Below are positions 12,204 to 24,798 of a stretch of DNA of 64,000 nt, piece after piece. Within the stretch, counting starts at the first letter, position 1; each line of letters begins with the position of its first letter. Source of the stretch: Octopus sinensis (taxonomy: Eukaryota); contig NC_043012.1 of NCBI RefSeq assembly GCF_006345805.1, forward strand, positions 2,790,001 to 2,854,000, in the 5' to 3' direction. The notes beneath the pieces were generated by a model, which did not search any database, was not told the origin of the DNA, and worked only from the letters and a program-made list of their open reading frames with translations. The position numbers were made by a program, and so were the translations under genes.

Positions 12204-12558
12204 CTAGCTGTTGCACCCGCCGTTGCTCGTGTTTTCCGTGTTGAAGTTAAGCCCTCCTCTGATCTTGTATTGTATATACATTTCCTCAGAGATTATTCTA
12301 TCATTTTGTTGAAATTTTGCACGTGACAAAATGCAAAAGCTGCAGGAAAAATAACATCGTTATGGGAATTTCCATTCAAACACCTGATTGAGCTCACAAA
12401 AATCGATGCTAACTGAGTATTATCGAGTTTTCGAAAAATTGCAGCCTTCTTTGAACTTCAGGTCATGTGATCTACCTATGTGCCAAAAATCATTAAAATC
12501 GGTTGGACGGTGTGGGAGGAGTTAGAGTAATCCCAAACACAAACATACACAGACACAG

Positions 12559-12605
<47 letters not shown>

Positions 12606-12623
12606 CGCATATAATTATAAAGA
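12204..12623 (-). mobile_element. Non-autonomous Helitron-like element
   Basis: On minus: A|TCTTTATAATTATA...(GC-rich subterminal motif)...CTAG|T; same terminal design as 55775-56075. Confidence 0.6.
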
Positions 12624-12984
12624 TATAATTATAGTTAAGGGCTACTGGAAATGACCAGCGCCAATGCTAGAAATAGGTGTCAAATACCTACAATCCCCTC
12701 TATAATTTGTTCTCTATAATCAACCACAGCTAATATGAACGCAAGGAGATGAGCAAGAAAATACAAAAAAATAATGGATAATTCTATACCTCGAGATTTC
12801 ATGCTCTGCAAAAAATTACTTTGTGATCTTCAGTAGAATAAACCATCAATATATATTAATGGTTGAATATAGAGAACAAATTATAGAGTGGATTGTAGGT
12901 ATTTGACACGTATTTCTAGCATTGGCGCTGGTCATTTTCAGTAGCCCTTAACTATAATTATATCTTTATAATTATATACGTAAA
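12602..12984. repeat. Fold-back inverted repeat, 125 bp arms, 133 bp spacer
   Basis: 12602-12726 vs reverse complement of 12860-12984: 5 mismatches counted by eye. Confidence 0.9.
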
Positions 12985-13100
12985 AAATGTTACCTTTTTT
13001 TAAGGATTTTTATACGGTCATTTTATGATTATATCCTTATGTGTATGTGTGTGTGTTGGATTGTTGGTATGACTGTGGTTAGTATTATAAAGCATCCTTT

Positions 13101-13226
<126 letters not shown>

Positions 13227-13705
13227 ACACACTTTTTTCTTATTCTTTCCTTTCTCTCCGTGGTAAAGTTTATTGGCGGTTTCTTTCTTTTTTTATCTTC
13301 AGGTCATTTTTAATTGTTCTTTCCTTGGGTACCTGCTTAACCATAGTCTCATCTTTTATTTCTTTCTATGGTTTTATGTGACTTTTTAAAAATCCTGTCC
13401 ATTATATAAAGTTGTAGACTTGATTCCACCAATGTGTTTCGCTTGTAGTCGGCTGATGAGTATGGTATGTGCGAAAAAGTTGTTACATAACCACTTGAAA
13501 CATACGTATTAAATGCATCCGAAAAATATCAGCCGTTGGTTTACTTATGATTCTGACAATATAATCATGTTAATAAGTTTTGCCTGTCTCTGCCTGAATA
13601 ATACTGTTATAATACGAATAAAGAAGTGGAATTTTGATCTGAATATTGAGTCAAAATTATTTGGTGGACTGCATCAAGGCATATTACAATACCCACAAAC
13701 ACATA

Positions 13706-14124
13706 TCTGTTATATAAAATCCGTTCTGTCTGTGAGTGCGTGTGTCTTCTAGGACCTCGGGCATCCTCTATCCGATTGCGCTCAAATTTGATATGTAGAT
13801 ACTGACGGTATCAGGACGTGTATAAGTCTTGAAAAAATTACAAAAATCGATTCTAGGTGAGAATGCGTTTGATAAAATCGTGGGAATGTGCATTTGTATG
13901 CGCAAGTACATCAGCTGTTGCGATCGATACTACGCGTACACGAGAAAAATGCACGTACAGTTTGCGCAAAAAAAAAACCGGCCTGTTTGGTGTCTCAAAT
14001 TTAGGTTAAATCAGTGTTTCTCAAAGGGGAGGCCTATGGGACGGTCGGACAAGTTGTTTTGAGAAAATTTGGTTTAAATGTTTGACAACTCAGCACCGTC
14101 CATTGGACGGGGTCGTTTTGCTCG
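13706..14124 (+). mobile_element. Non-autonomous Helitron-like element
   Basis: A|TC...TATATAAAA start; 3' hairpin CCGTCC-ATT-GGACGG, then CTCG|T (CTAG variant). Confidence 0.55.
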
Positions 14125-14136
14125 TACATATATATA

Positions 14137-14385
14137 TTGGGTCATCCCATAGATAATGCGTTTTTTTTTCAATTATATGAGCTAAATGTCGGAAGGGGAC
14201 GGGATAAACTACCTGCATCAACATGCTATGAAAGCAGCTATTAATTTTATCTTGTACTTATTCTTCGACAAAGTTTTGAAAAGTACACTTCGTTTTTAAC
14301 AGTTATTTTTTTCAAAGCTATAATGGAAGTGACAAAGGAGCGTATTCGGCATATTTTGCTCTATGACTTCAACAAAGACATGTAA
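14137..14385 (+). mobile_element. Mariner transposon 5' fragment
   Basis: TA|TTGGGTCATCCCATA TIR-like start; ATG at 14323 gives MEVTKERIRHILLYDFNK, a mariner transposase N-terminus, then truncated. Confidence 0.7.
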
Positions 14386-14873
14386 TCTTTGCACAGCAGA
14401 AAACCTTTGCGTTAAGACTATGATCTTTATTTAAACATGTAGTGTGATGGATGAAGAGGACAACAGAAGGAGAAGCAACGGGAGAAAGAAATACAAAAGG
14501 CCTTACCTCGGCGAAGATCAGAGGTCTCTTGCGAATTCGACACGTCCTGTCGCTTCCTCGTCTATGCTCGAACTGTCCCTTCGTCGATGACCACACGTGC
14601 GTCCTGCTTGACCTCTTCCGCTTCCTCCGACGCATGCACCCTGCAGTCTTCCGCCGGTCCCTGCAAGCCCTACTTCCGCCCGCCTCATCTGTCATCCTCT
14701 CCACCAGCACCACATAGCTCATCACATCCCACAACACCGACTGCCAACACCACAAAATATAAAGTCAAAGTTTTTCGTGGATTATAAGCATCGTGAAGCA
14801 TCTATTATGTAATTGAAGAGTACCAATTTTACCTAACGTCTTCCAACCACGCGCACGCACGCACACACACACA

Positions 14874-14930
<57 letters not shown>

Positions 14931-15666
14931 AGCATATATATTCAGGTGGCATATGCATTCATTTTTCTCGATTTTCTTTTCTTTATTTTTGATCATTTTG
15001 CTTTTCACAATTCTTTACTCGTATTCTATTTATCACTTTTTTCAATTGTTTTGTATGTTATTTTATTTATCTAGTTTCTTATAATTATTGAAATTTCATT
15101 GTACTTTTAAAGGGTTGTAACCTTTTAAAGGTTGTAACCTAATGGAAACGGTTTATTTTCTTCAAGTTCTTCCAAGAAATATATGTAATTCTTTTGACAC
15201 TCACCGCAGAGTTTCGCACGTGGAGCTAATTCAAAGTAAATAAATTTGCATGAGCTAACACTGGCAAAATTATGATATTAGACGGCGCATATATTGAGTC
15301 CTTCATTCAGTCACTTTTTATGCATTGAACATTACACACACACACACACACAGTACATATACGCACGTAGGCACATATATGTGGATGCAGACTCACACCA
15401 GCAAGTTATCTCTGCCTTCTCTTCCTTTCACACATACAGCTATATCATTTCAACATAAAGGGCCCCTTTGTCCCCCGTTTAATCAGAACACAGTGAAAGA
15501 ACCAATGAAAAACGACTAATAAAAAAAAAAAGGCAAGGTATCAAATTTATCCCTAGAGACCAGCTTCCCTTTGCCGAACTACTGCACATCGTATTTACTC
15601 CTTATAAACGATCCCTAACACACACACACACACACTCACATAAACTGTATATATCATATAAATACG

Positions 15667-15735
<69 letters not shown>

Positions 15736-15879
15736 ATTCTCGTGTTTATGTATTGCAGATTCATATTTTTTTTATCTTGTGTAACGCAATATATGAAAAT
15801 ATGCTACTTTAGTCTAAAACAATTATGGAAGAAAGTACAGATCTAACACCCTGGAGGTCATAATGTTTTTCTATTATTA

Positions 15880-16375
15880 TTATTATTATTATTGAGTGAG
15901 AGAGCAGCGCACGCCATCAAAGTGACACTGGGGTACAAATATACGAAGCCCAGTATACCCATCATGACTACCCGTCTGATAAGGGTACACTAGGCACATG
16001 CATCACAAACATATGTGCGCGAGATGGGGATCTCATATCAAGATAAACACATGACCTTGCAGGTGGGGCCCAGTTAGAATTTTCTTCTGGTCGAGTAACC
16101 CATTCCACTCAAAAGGTCCCTGAATAAGGGTTGTTTAAAGATGTTGAACGAAGCACCCATGTTTCAAGGGATGAATTATTCAAACCCCAAAGAATCCCTC
16201 TCAACACATGGCTATGATGCTCCCCCACTACTTCTGCTCGTGATCAGAGATGCACATATTGTCAGCCACTAAGGGACATGCCCAACTGGTTAAGGTCAAA
16301 CAACTGACAAGCAAATCTGTGGTATTGAGCAGAATATTTGCTGTAACCCATCTTTTATACCAAGACAAAACAATG
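15880..16375 (-). mobile_element. Unclassified interspersed repeat with an (ATT)n end
   Basis: About 500 bp bounded by (ATT)n; resembles a common octopus repeat from memory, not verified. Confidence 0.35.
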
Positions 16376-16600
16376 TTATCATCATCATTGTTCGACCGTG
16401 GTGGGAGACAATGGAATTTACCATGCTACGCCAGACTTCACGGTCCATCATGGCATTACGGAGGTCCTGTTGCTGGATGCCTGTATCCCTGGAGATTACA
16501 TCAGGGTAGGAGAGTGTGCGCCCTCTGGTATTGCGAGTAGATGGCTTCCAGAGGAGAAGAGTAGAAATTACCTGAAAACACTTCCAATCAGTTAAGATCA
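16375..16600 (-). mobile_element. RTE-type LINE 3' end
   Basis: Minus translation VISTLLLWKPSTRNTRGRTLSYPDVISRDTGIQQQDLRNAMMDREVWRSMV, followed by a (GAT)n tail. Confidence 0.7.
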
Positions 16601-16635
16601 GAAGCCACGAGAACCACTACCTGGTACTGCATCAG

Positions 16636-16835
16636 AAGGTGGCAAGCTGGCAGAATCGTTAGCACGCCGGACAAAATGCTTAGCGGCATTTCGTCCGTCT
16701 TTACGTTCTCAGTTCAAATTCCGCTGAGATCGATTTTATCTTTCATCCTTTCAGGGTCGATAAAATAAGTACCAGTGGTGTAATCGACTGCACCTCTCTC
16801 CCAAAATTTCAGACCTTGTGCCTATAATCGAAAGG

Positions 16836-16870
<35 letters not shown>

Positions 16871-17078
16871 AAAGCAGCAAACTGCAGAATCGTTTGCGCT
16901 TAGCGGCATTTCGTCCGCCTTTACAGTACGTTCTGAGTTCAAATGCCGCCCCGAGGTCGACTTCGCCTTTTATCCCTTTCGGAGTTGTTGAAATAAGTAC
17001 CAGCTACATGCCGTAATCGACCAGCCCCGTCCCCTTAAATTTCAGGCCTGTGCCTATAGTGGAAAGCATCATTATTAT
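16636..17078 (+). mobile_element. Two tandem SINE family B copies with (ATT)n tails
   Basis: Two GGCAAGCTGGCAGAATCGTT-type heads (about 16640 and 16872), each with the TTTCATCCTTTC...GTCGATAAA...AAGTACC domain (MetaSINE-like). Confidence 0.85.
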
Positions 17079-18353
17079 TGATATTGTCCTTATTGCTGTG
17101 AACGTGATGGTACCGAACAAGCAGTTTATCATAAAAGATTTTTTTTTTTCAAAAGTTAATATTTAAATGATGAGCCTATCGTCCCCTTTATCCCTAGAAT
17201 CCATATAAAAAAAATTTTTTCTACCGCTCCAAGGAGGCGATACAATTCATTTTCAGAAGCACTGCTTTTGAGCGTCATTTGTTCTAGATTTATTCTACTT
17301 CTGTGTTTCGAATTCAAATCATACGGATACCAGCTTTGCTTTTTTTCTTTCAGGGTCGTTGTAGTACCATCCCGGCAATGGTGCAGCTCTCTTTCCCTCG
17401 CGCTGTCACATCTTGGATGTTCCACTGGGTCAGATGTAAGAGATCCGAGAGGAAGAATGTTCGCGACTACTAAAAACCATTAGCGAAAGTATGATATATA
17501 TTCATCTCAAATCCCGCTCAAATGCGAGTGACAGCAGTAATTGTTACATGGGCTATAAAAAAGATTCGCAAACGGCCTGGGAGTCCCAGGTCGTCTATGC
17601 ATGGTGAAGATGTTGAGTAGAGTATATAAATGTATGTAATTCTATGTCGAGCTGTGTGTGAGTTAGCATGATGGATGAGGAGGTTTCGATATTTCATGAG
17701 TTAAAAGATGGAGCCCTGAGTGGGTATATTGCGTTTTTCCCTCATTTCTCTCTATGTGGTGTTTCCCTTTAAGTTCACGGTTGTTTGGCTTTATGTCACT
17801 TCTCATTGAGCACACATGAGAAAAAGAGTTCCAATCATGACTATCACAATTTTTATTCAGACATAGTATATCTAAGATTATCCAATGACTCTTTCCTCCT
17901 TTAAGAGAGTAGGATGATTTTTGAGGGAGAACTGGCTGCCATATTTAGCATGCCCAGAGACTAAGTAGAACAGTGATTCTCAACGGGGCTCCATATGGCC
18001 TTAGGGGTCGATATAAGATTTTGTTGTTAAAATTTATGTGCAATACATTGGTTATAGTCTTATAACACCCAAAATATTTTAAGAACTTTTTTTAGACAAT
18101 TCCTAATACTTTCTACTGTAGGCACAAGGCCTGAAATTTGGGGGAAGAGATTAAGTCGATTACATCGTCTCCAGTGCGTAACTGCTATTTATTTAATCGA
18201 CCCCGAAAGGATGAAAGACAAAGTCGACCTCGGAGGAATTTGAATTCAGAACGTAGGACCCCCCCCCCCGCCTCTCCTAGTTAAAGATCAAATGGGTCCA
18301 TCGGCAAAAAATGGCTTGGAACTACTGATGTAGAGGTTGCTGCGGTTCCTCAC

Positions 18354-18377
18354 TTGTACGCTTGTCTGCTGCTGTCT
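18354..18377 (-). other. Candidate 24-nt microexon
   Basis: TGTTATTTCTGCTGCAG|AGACAGCAGCAGACAAGCGTACAA|GTGAGG. Confidence 0.2.
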
Positions 18378-18868
18378 CTGCAGCAGAAATAACACAATCA
18401 AATAAACTAACACCGTCGGCATGTGTAGCAACAAAAACTATAACAACACTGACGTCACACCTTTGGGACAGATACAAGCTTTAATTAGCTTTGTTTCTAA
18501 CGAGAACAACATGTTGTTCGTCTTCCATTTGTGACATTACCTTTGTCTCTTTACTTGATTCAACCCCAAGGTCAACGCAACGCTGGCTAAAAATCTTCTT
18601 CAAACCAGCTTCAGTGCGTTGTTTGACATTAACATTCAAAGTGGTCACATATACATTTCTAACACTTAGGTTGACACGGATATGTGTCATGTTACTTATT
18701 GTTTACCTCCAGATCAGTCACCTCAAATAGACGTCTGATTAAAAGGATTCCAGCCGTGACATAACAAAGAGAATGGCAGATATAGTATCACAAACAGCTT
18801 TAGAAGATAATGTGAAGGTGATTTGTTAACTGGTACAACAAATTCACTTGTTGAAATATCCTCAAATA

Positions 18869-20426
18869 CGAAGGCCGGCTAAAAACTTCATACGCTAACC
18901 AAGATATTCTCATGGAATGTAACCAAATGAGGTTCATTTTCCAACAAAGTCCCCCTTGCGGTCCACACACTTCTTCCGTCGGTGTTGCAGTGCTCTTGGA
19001 TCCCATCGGTGAAGAAGCTTTCGTCCTACTAGTCAAAAAACGTCATCAACAGTATATATGACGTCATCACCATTGCGATACTGGTTCCCAGCCAAGTGTC
19101 TTTACATGTTGGGGAACAGATAGTCGGATGGGACCAGATCAGGAAAATAGGGAGGCTTATCAATCAGTTCAAAACCACAGTCATGCACAACATCCATTCA
19201 AACCAAGGACTTGTGTATTGAAACATTGTCCTGATGAAACAAGACCCCTTTCGTCAGTTTTCCTGGGTGTTTGATCTTGATTGCCCCTCGTAACTGCCTT
19301 AAGAAGTTGGCATAGTACTCTCCATTGATGGTTTGTCCATTTTCAAAATAATCAATAAACACAATACGTCTTGCATCTCAAAAAACCTGAGGCCGTCGCC
19401 TTCCCTTCAGAGAAAACGATGACTTTGGCCTTCTTTGGAGCTGATGTGGAGGGCTGTTTCCAGTGCATGGGTTGTCTCTATCTGACTTAAAGTGATGAAC
19501 CCAACACATCTTAGGATAGGAAACGTTCAAGGAAACCTGCTGGATCTGCCTCAAATCTGTCTCAAACAATGTCAGATTCGCCCGTGATGTGATCAACCTG
19601 GTACGCTTTTGCTCAAGTGTCAAAAGACGTGACAACAACCAAGCAGAAACCTTCATCATGCCAAATTCATTGTGTAGAATATTCTCAACTATTTCAGTGA
19701 ACATGCTAATAGCATTAACTATTTCATTTATTGTCAGTCGTCTGTCATTCATCATCATATGATGAACACGATCAATGTTTTCTTCGGTAACGGCAGTTGC
19801 AGGACGTCCAGACTTTGGCCATCTTCAAGATTCTCCGTTTTCCTCTTAAAATCAGTTGCCCATTTTCGCACTGTTGATATAGCTGGAGCGTCATCCCCTA
19901 ATGTAGCAACCATGTCGGCATGAATGTCATTGGGAGCTGAGCCCCCTTTTTTCTGCAGATGCTTGATAATACCTATTTCTTTACTACCCACAAGGGGCTA
20001 AACACAGAGAGGATAAACAAGGACAGACAAACGGATTAAGTCGATTATATCGACCCCAATGCGTAACTGGTACTTATTTAATCGACCCCGAAAGGATGAA
20101 AGGCAAAGTCGACCTCGGCGGAATTTGAACTCAGAACGTAAGGGCAGACGAAATACGGCTACGCATTTCGTCCGGCGTGCTAACGTTTCTGCCAGCTCGC
20201 CGCCTTCATACTTGATAATACCACGATGCAAATAAAGTCCATTTTAAGGAGAAGTAGCTATTAGTTACTTCTGAAGTGTTCATTGAACAGTCAGGTGTCA
20301 GCTTATCTGGAAAGAAACTACGCAGTTATTAAAAAGAAGGGTTGAAATTAATGCATGCAACATTTCACAGCTCTAGCATCACTGAAAAGTTCATAATTAG
20401 CCTATGAACTCTTCAGCCCACCCTCG
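18869..20426 (-). mobile_element. Full-length decayed mariner transposon (about 1.3 kb plus a nested SINE)
   Basis: 29 bp TIRs matching 22/29, TA on the left and TG on the right; transposase remnant 20242->18934 with HTH region, FHQDN and PPYFPDLVPSDY motifs; many frameshifts. Confidence 0.9.
19974..20206 (-). mobile_element. SINE family B inserted in the mariner transposase
   Basis: Complete copy with TSD CTTGATAATACC at 19962-19973 and 20211-20222. Confidence 0.9.
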
Positions 20427-20438
20427 TGTGTGTGTGTT

Positions 20439-20502
<64 letters not shown>

Positions 20503-20739
20503 CGTGTGCGTGTGCGTATGTATATGACTGTGTGTATGTATATGACTGTCGTGTGTGTGCATGCATGCGTGCGTGTATAGTGAACTTTCTTAAACGGCAG
20601 ATGAAGAATCGACATCATCTTTTTGCTGAACAATACGCATGGATGATTTGTTTGTAGAGATCGATTGCTTCTACCGTACTTTAGTTCACCCCTTCCCATC
20701 AAATTGGCATCGCCTGTACAATGTGTCTCGCGTCGGCTG

Positions 20740-20872
20740 TCGAAGTGATCACAGAGTAACTTGAAATGAAGTGTTTCGTTCAAGAACATAACGTACCTCC
20801 AGGTCTGGGATTCGAAACCATGACCTAGCGATTGTGAGTGTAATGCCCTAACCACTAGGCAACGTATCCTCA
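20740..20872 (-). mobile_element. tRNA-derived SINE 5' fragment (family C-like)
   Basis: TAGTGGTTAGG...GGTTTCGAATCCC head on minus. Confidence 0.6.
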
Positions 20873-21105
20873 TGTGTGTGTGTGTGTATGTGAGAGAGAC
20901 AGAGAGAGAGGGAGTCTCTATTATCGGTAGTAATCCCTCTTTCTTTCAATATGTTCGTCACATTCTATAAACTCTTGAAATAGACACCATACTGTTTTAA
21001 AGACGCGAGTGAAGTACCAGCGCCCTCTACCAGATTGTTTGCACTCATCTGTTAAGTTTCCTTCCTGCTGCATCGCTTCCTAACGCCCGACACGCGCGCA
21101 CGCAC

Positions 21106-21136
<31 letters not shown>

Positions 21137-21591
21137 TTTGCACTATCTATTTTCATCTTTCGTCCTCTCTCTTGCTTCAGTTTCTCTCTCACTTTTCTCT
21201 TTCTTCGCCTATAGTTTCTCTTACCACCATCCGACCATATATTTTGTATACATGTATATATACATATGTACTATGTATTTTTCTTGTTTTGTTTCTATCC
21301 CGCTCCTCCCCTCCTGTATTTTCTTTTACTCATCCTCTCCTCCCTCTTTTTCTCAGTTACATCCAGCTCTTAACCTTTAAACATTATCCTTCTCTTTGAA
21401 ATGGGAAGTTGATAGTTTCGATCGAAATGGTCGACGTTTCGATTACAGAGTACACCGAAGAAACATGAATTAATAATTTTGCTTACTCAGCGATGTTTCG
21501 AGCGCTTATGTGTAACACACACGTGCGCGCACGCGAGAAGGGATGCTGAAATTTTCCTGGCTTTAAGAGTATCGCAAAAGGCCCGTTTGTA

Positions 21592-21882
21592 GAGGCGCAA
21601 TAGCCCAGTGGTCAGGGCAGCGGACTCGCGGTCGGAGGATCGCGGTTTCGATTCCCAGATCGGGCGTTGTGTGTGTTTATTGAGCGAAAACAATTAAAAG
21701 CTCCACGAGGTTCCGGCAGAGGGTGGTGGCGACCCCTGTTGTACTCTTTCGCCATAACTTTCTCTCATTCTCTCTTCCTGTTTCTTGAGTAACGCTGCGA
21801 TGGACTAACGTCTCGTCCAGCTGGGAGGAACACATACGCCACAGAAACCGGGCACATGAGCCGGGCTAGGCTTGAAAAGGGC
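21592..21882 (+). mobile_element. tRNA-derived SINE family C
   Basis: A box TAGCCCAGTGG, B box GGTTTCGATTCC; about 95 bp tail shared with 30855-31094. Confidence 0.75.
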
Positions 21883-22273
21883 GACAAAGAAAGAACAGAA
21901 AAGGCCTGTTTAGAGGTCCAACCTTTCGACTTAGAAAAGCTGAGGGACCGTTGCAATAATATATATATATATATATAATAAAGGGTGAAATTAATTAATT
22001 AATTTAGAAATAATCATTAATTTCACCAAGTAGAGTTCGGCATGTAAAAGACCTATTCAAGGAAGGTTTAAGTAATACTAAGTAATTAAGGGTTCAGCAA
22101 CGATTTGCCTCACCACACACCGAATTTAGAAATAGCAGTCAAAAAGTTTTGGCTATTCTTTCTACTTAAAAGGGAGATCCCAGTAAAACCAAAGCACTTA
22201 AAAGGCAAACGACGCAGGCAAAAGAGAAAGAAATGACGAAAATCATTCTATATTAAGTTACCTAAATTACTTA

Positions 22274-22351
<78 letters not shown>

Positions 22352-22670
22352 TATATATATATATACACACATCTATATACGAACACACATTACACCTATA
22401 TGTATATTCATACACACACACACATTGTGTTTGTACACACACATGTACGAATATGTACACATGCATGTACGAGCACACACACAGTTTCATACTCTCACAC
22501 ACATGTAGGTGTTGATATGCAAGAAGGATGACGTTCACATTCTTGCAGCAATCATAAACGACTCAAAGAAAATTAAGCGGCAACGTGCTCTTTTTTGGTA
22601 AGGGACAGTGACAGTATCAGGCATATTTCGATCTTATTGGACCTCGTCAGTGCAGCATAAAACCACTTAC

Positions 22671-22751
22671 GCACCATCAACAAGGCAGCTTCTGCGCGGT
22701 CGCTCGATCTTCTTGAAATAACAGCGAAATCACCCTCAGGATCGCATCCTG
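22671..22751 (-). other. Candidate 81-nt frame-preserving exon
   Basis: AAACAG|CAGGATGC...GGTGC|GTAAGT; phase-1 frame GCDPEGDFAVISRRSSDRAEAALLMV is open; weak pyrimidine tract. Confidence 0.3.
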
Positions 22752-23561
22752 CTGTTTTATTAAAACGCCACTTGATAATGTGTGAATGGGACACAGAATG
22801 CGTCAAAAAGTGGAATGGCTATAGCTGGAACGTCCGTATTTGTAAATTCTATTGATCAGAGTTTAACAATTTACGAAGCACTGAAGGAACATGAACCAAT
22901 TAAGAAGTCTCTACGTAGTCGTTAGACTTGCTGGAAATAGCAAACGAATTTCATTCGAATTACGACTTCCCTTTTTCTTTGCATTTATCCCGCTCGTTTC
23001 ATTGATGTGCCGATCACTTACCCAACGTTTCTGCGTTTGGTTTACGCAGGAAAAATAAATTCTCTCCTATCGCAAGTAAATTTTTGAAAAACTCAAAAAA
23101 CTGAAGCAAAGTCCAATTAAGTTGTTTGTAAAATAAAATCAAATAACTGCGGTGGATTTGATCCTGTGTCTCATAAGCTGGCTGTCCAACATTTTACCCA
23201 ACGGGCCATGTCACACATACTAGTCTCTTCCCAAGTTCTGTCTACAATGTGTTTCCGCAAAATACATTAAGCCCAAATCTTTCAGAGCTTTCGAAGTAAT
23301 CTTAATGATATCACCACACCCTTCCGTTCTGGTGTGTCCCTTATGGCTTAGGAGACGCAACTTTTCAAACTTACACGTGTGGGGTGCGCGCGTGTGTGAC
23401 AGGGAGAGGGGGAGAAGAGGGAGAGAGAGGATTCCTGACTTTCGCTGTAAGGAAGGTTAAACGTATGTATGTATACACAAATACCTACAAACGGGCATGG
23501 ATATACAAATACACACATATATTGATATGCTTGTACATCACGCTATGTATATATATATATC

Positions 23562-23968
23562 TTTACTTTCTTTTACTTGTTTCAGTCATTTGACTGCGGC
23601 CGTGCTGGAGCACCGCCTTTAGTCGAGCAAATCGACCCCAGGACTTCTTCTTTGTAAGCCTAGTACTTATTCTATCGGTCTCTTTTGCCGAACGGCTAAG
23701 TTACATGGACGTAAACACACCAGCATCGGTTGTCAAGCGATGTTGGGGGGACAAACACAGACACACAAACATATACACACACATGCATACATATATACAT
23801 ATACATATATACGAAGGGCTTCTTTCAGTTTCTGTCTATCAGATTCACTCACAAGGCTTTGGTCGGCCCGAGGCTGTAGTAGAAGACACTTGCCCAAGGT
23901 GCCACGCAGTAGGACTGACCCCGGAACCATGTGGTTAGTAAGCAAGCTACTTACCACGCAGCCACTCC
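23562..23968 (-). mobile_element. SINE family A, full length
   Basis: Head-to-tail match to the other full copies. Confidence 0.9.
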
Positions 23969-24079
23969 AAAATCTCAAAATACAAGTTGATTGCTGCGAT
24001 AATTTCAAAATTCCATTCCCATTTAATTGGGTACGCGGTCTCCTTGCGCGTTGAAGCATGTGTTAGGGTCTAAAGAAAC

Positions 24080-24358
24080 AATTATTTAATTAGCTGTGGT
24101 ATCGGTGTAATTGATGAGTTCCCTCACCCTGAAATTTCAACCTTTGTGCCTGAAGTAGAATGAATTATTGCAGAATCGTTAGCAGGCGGGGCAAAATACA
24201 CAGCGGCATTTCGCCCGTCGCTACGTTTTGAGTTCAAATTCCGCCGAGGTTGACTTTACCTTTCATCTTTTCGGGGTCGATAAATAAATTACCAGTGGAA
24301 CATTTTGATCATGTAATCGACTTAAACCCTTCCATAAAATTGCTACCCTTGTGGCAAA

Positions 24359-24391
<33 letters not shown>

Positions 24392-24798
24392 CATTATTAA
24401 GGCGGCGAGCTGGCAGAAACGTTAGCACGTCAGGCAAAATGCTTTGCGGTATTTCGTCTGCCGTTACGTTGTGAGTTCAAATTCCGCCGAGGTCGACTTT
24501 GCCTTTCATCCTTTCGGGGTCGATAAATTAAGTACCAGTTATGCACTGGGGTCGATGTAATCGACTTAATACCTATGTCTGTCCTTGTTTGTCCCCTCTG
24601 TGTTTAGCCCCTTGTGGGTAATAAAGAAATAGGTATTTCGTCTGTCGCTACATTCTGAGTTCAAATTCCGCCGAGGTCGACTTTGCCTTTCGTCCTTTCG
24701 GGGTCGATAAATAAAGTACCAGTTACGCACTGGGATCGATGTAATCGACTTAATCCGTTTGTCCTCTCTGTGTGTACCCCCTTGTGGGCAGTAAAAAA
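24080..24798 (+). mobile_element. Tandem cluster of SINE family B copies (one fragment plus three)
   Basis: Copies at about 24170, 24399 and 24631; the last is 5'-truncated and fused at GGTATTTCGTC. Confidence 0.9.

Noticed and set aside
13445-13490. Hammerhead (CTGATGA...GCGAAA)
   Set aside because: The core is perfect, but helix II is weak and neither helix I nor helix III can be formed
21592-21665. tRNA gene
   Set aside because: A/B boxes are present but there is no acceptor-stem closure, and the sequence continues into a SINE body and tail shared with another copy
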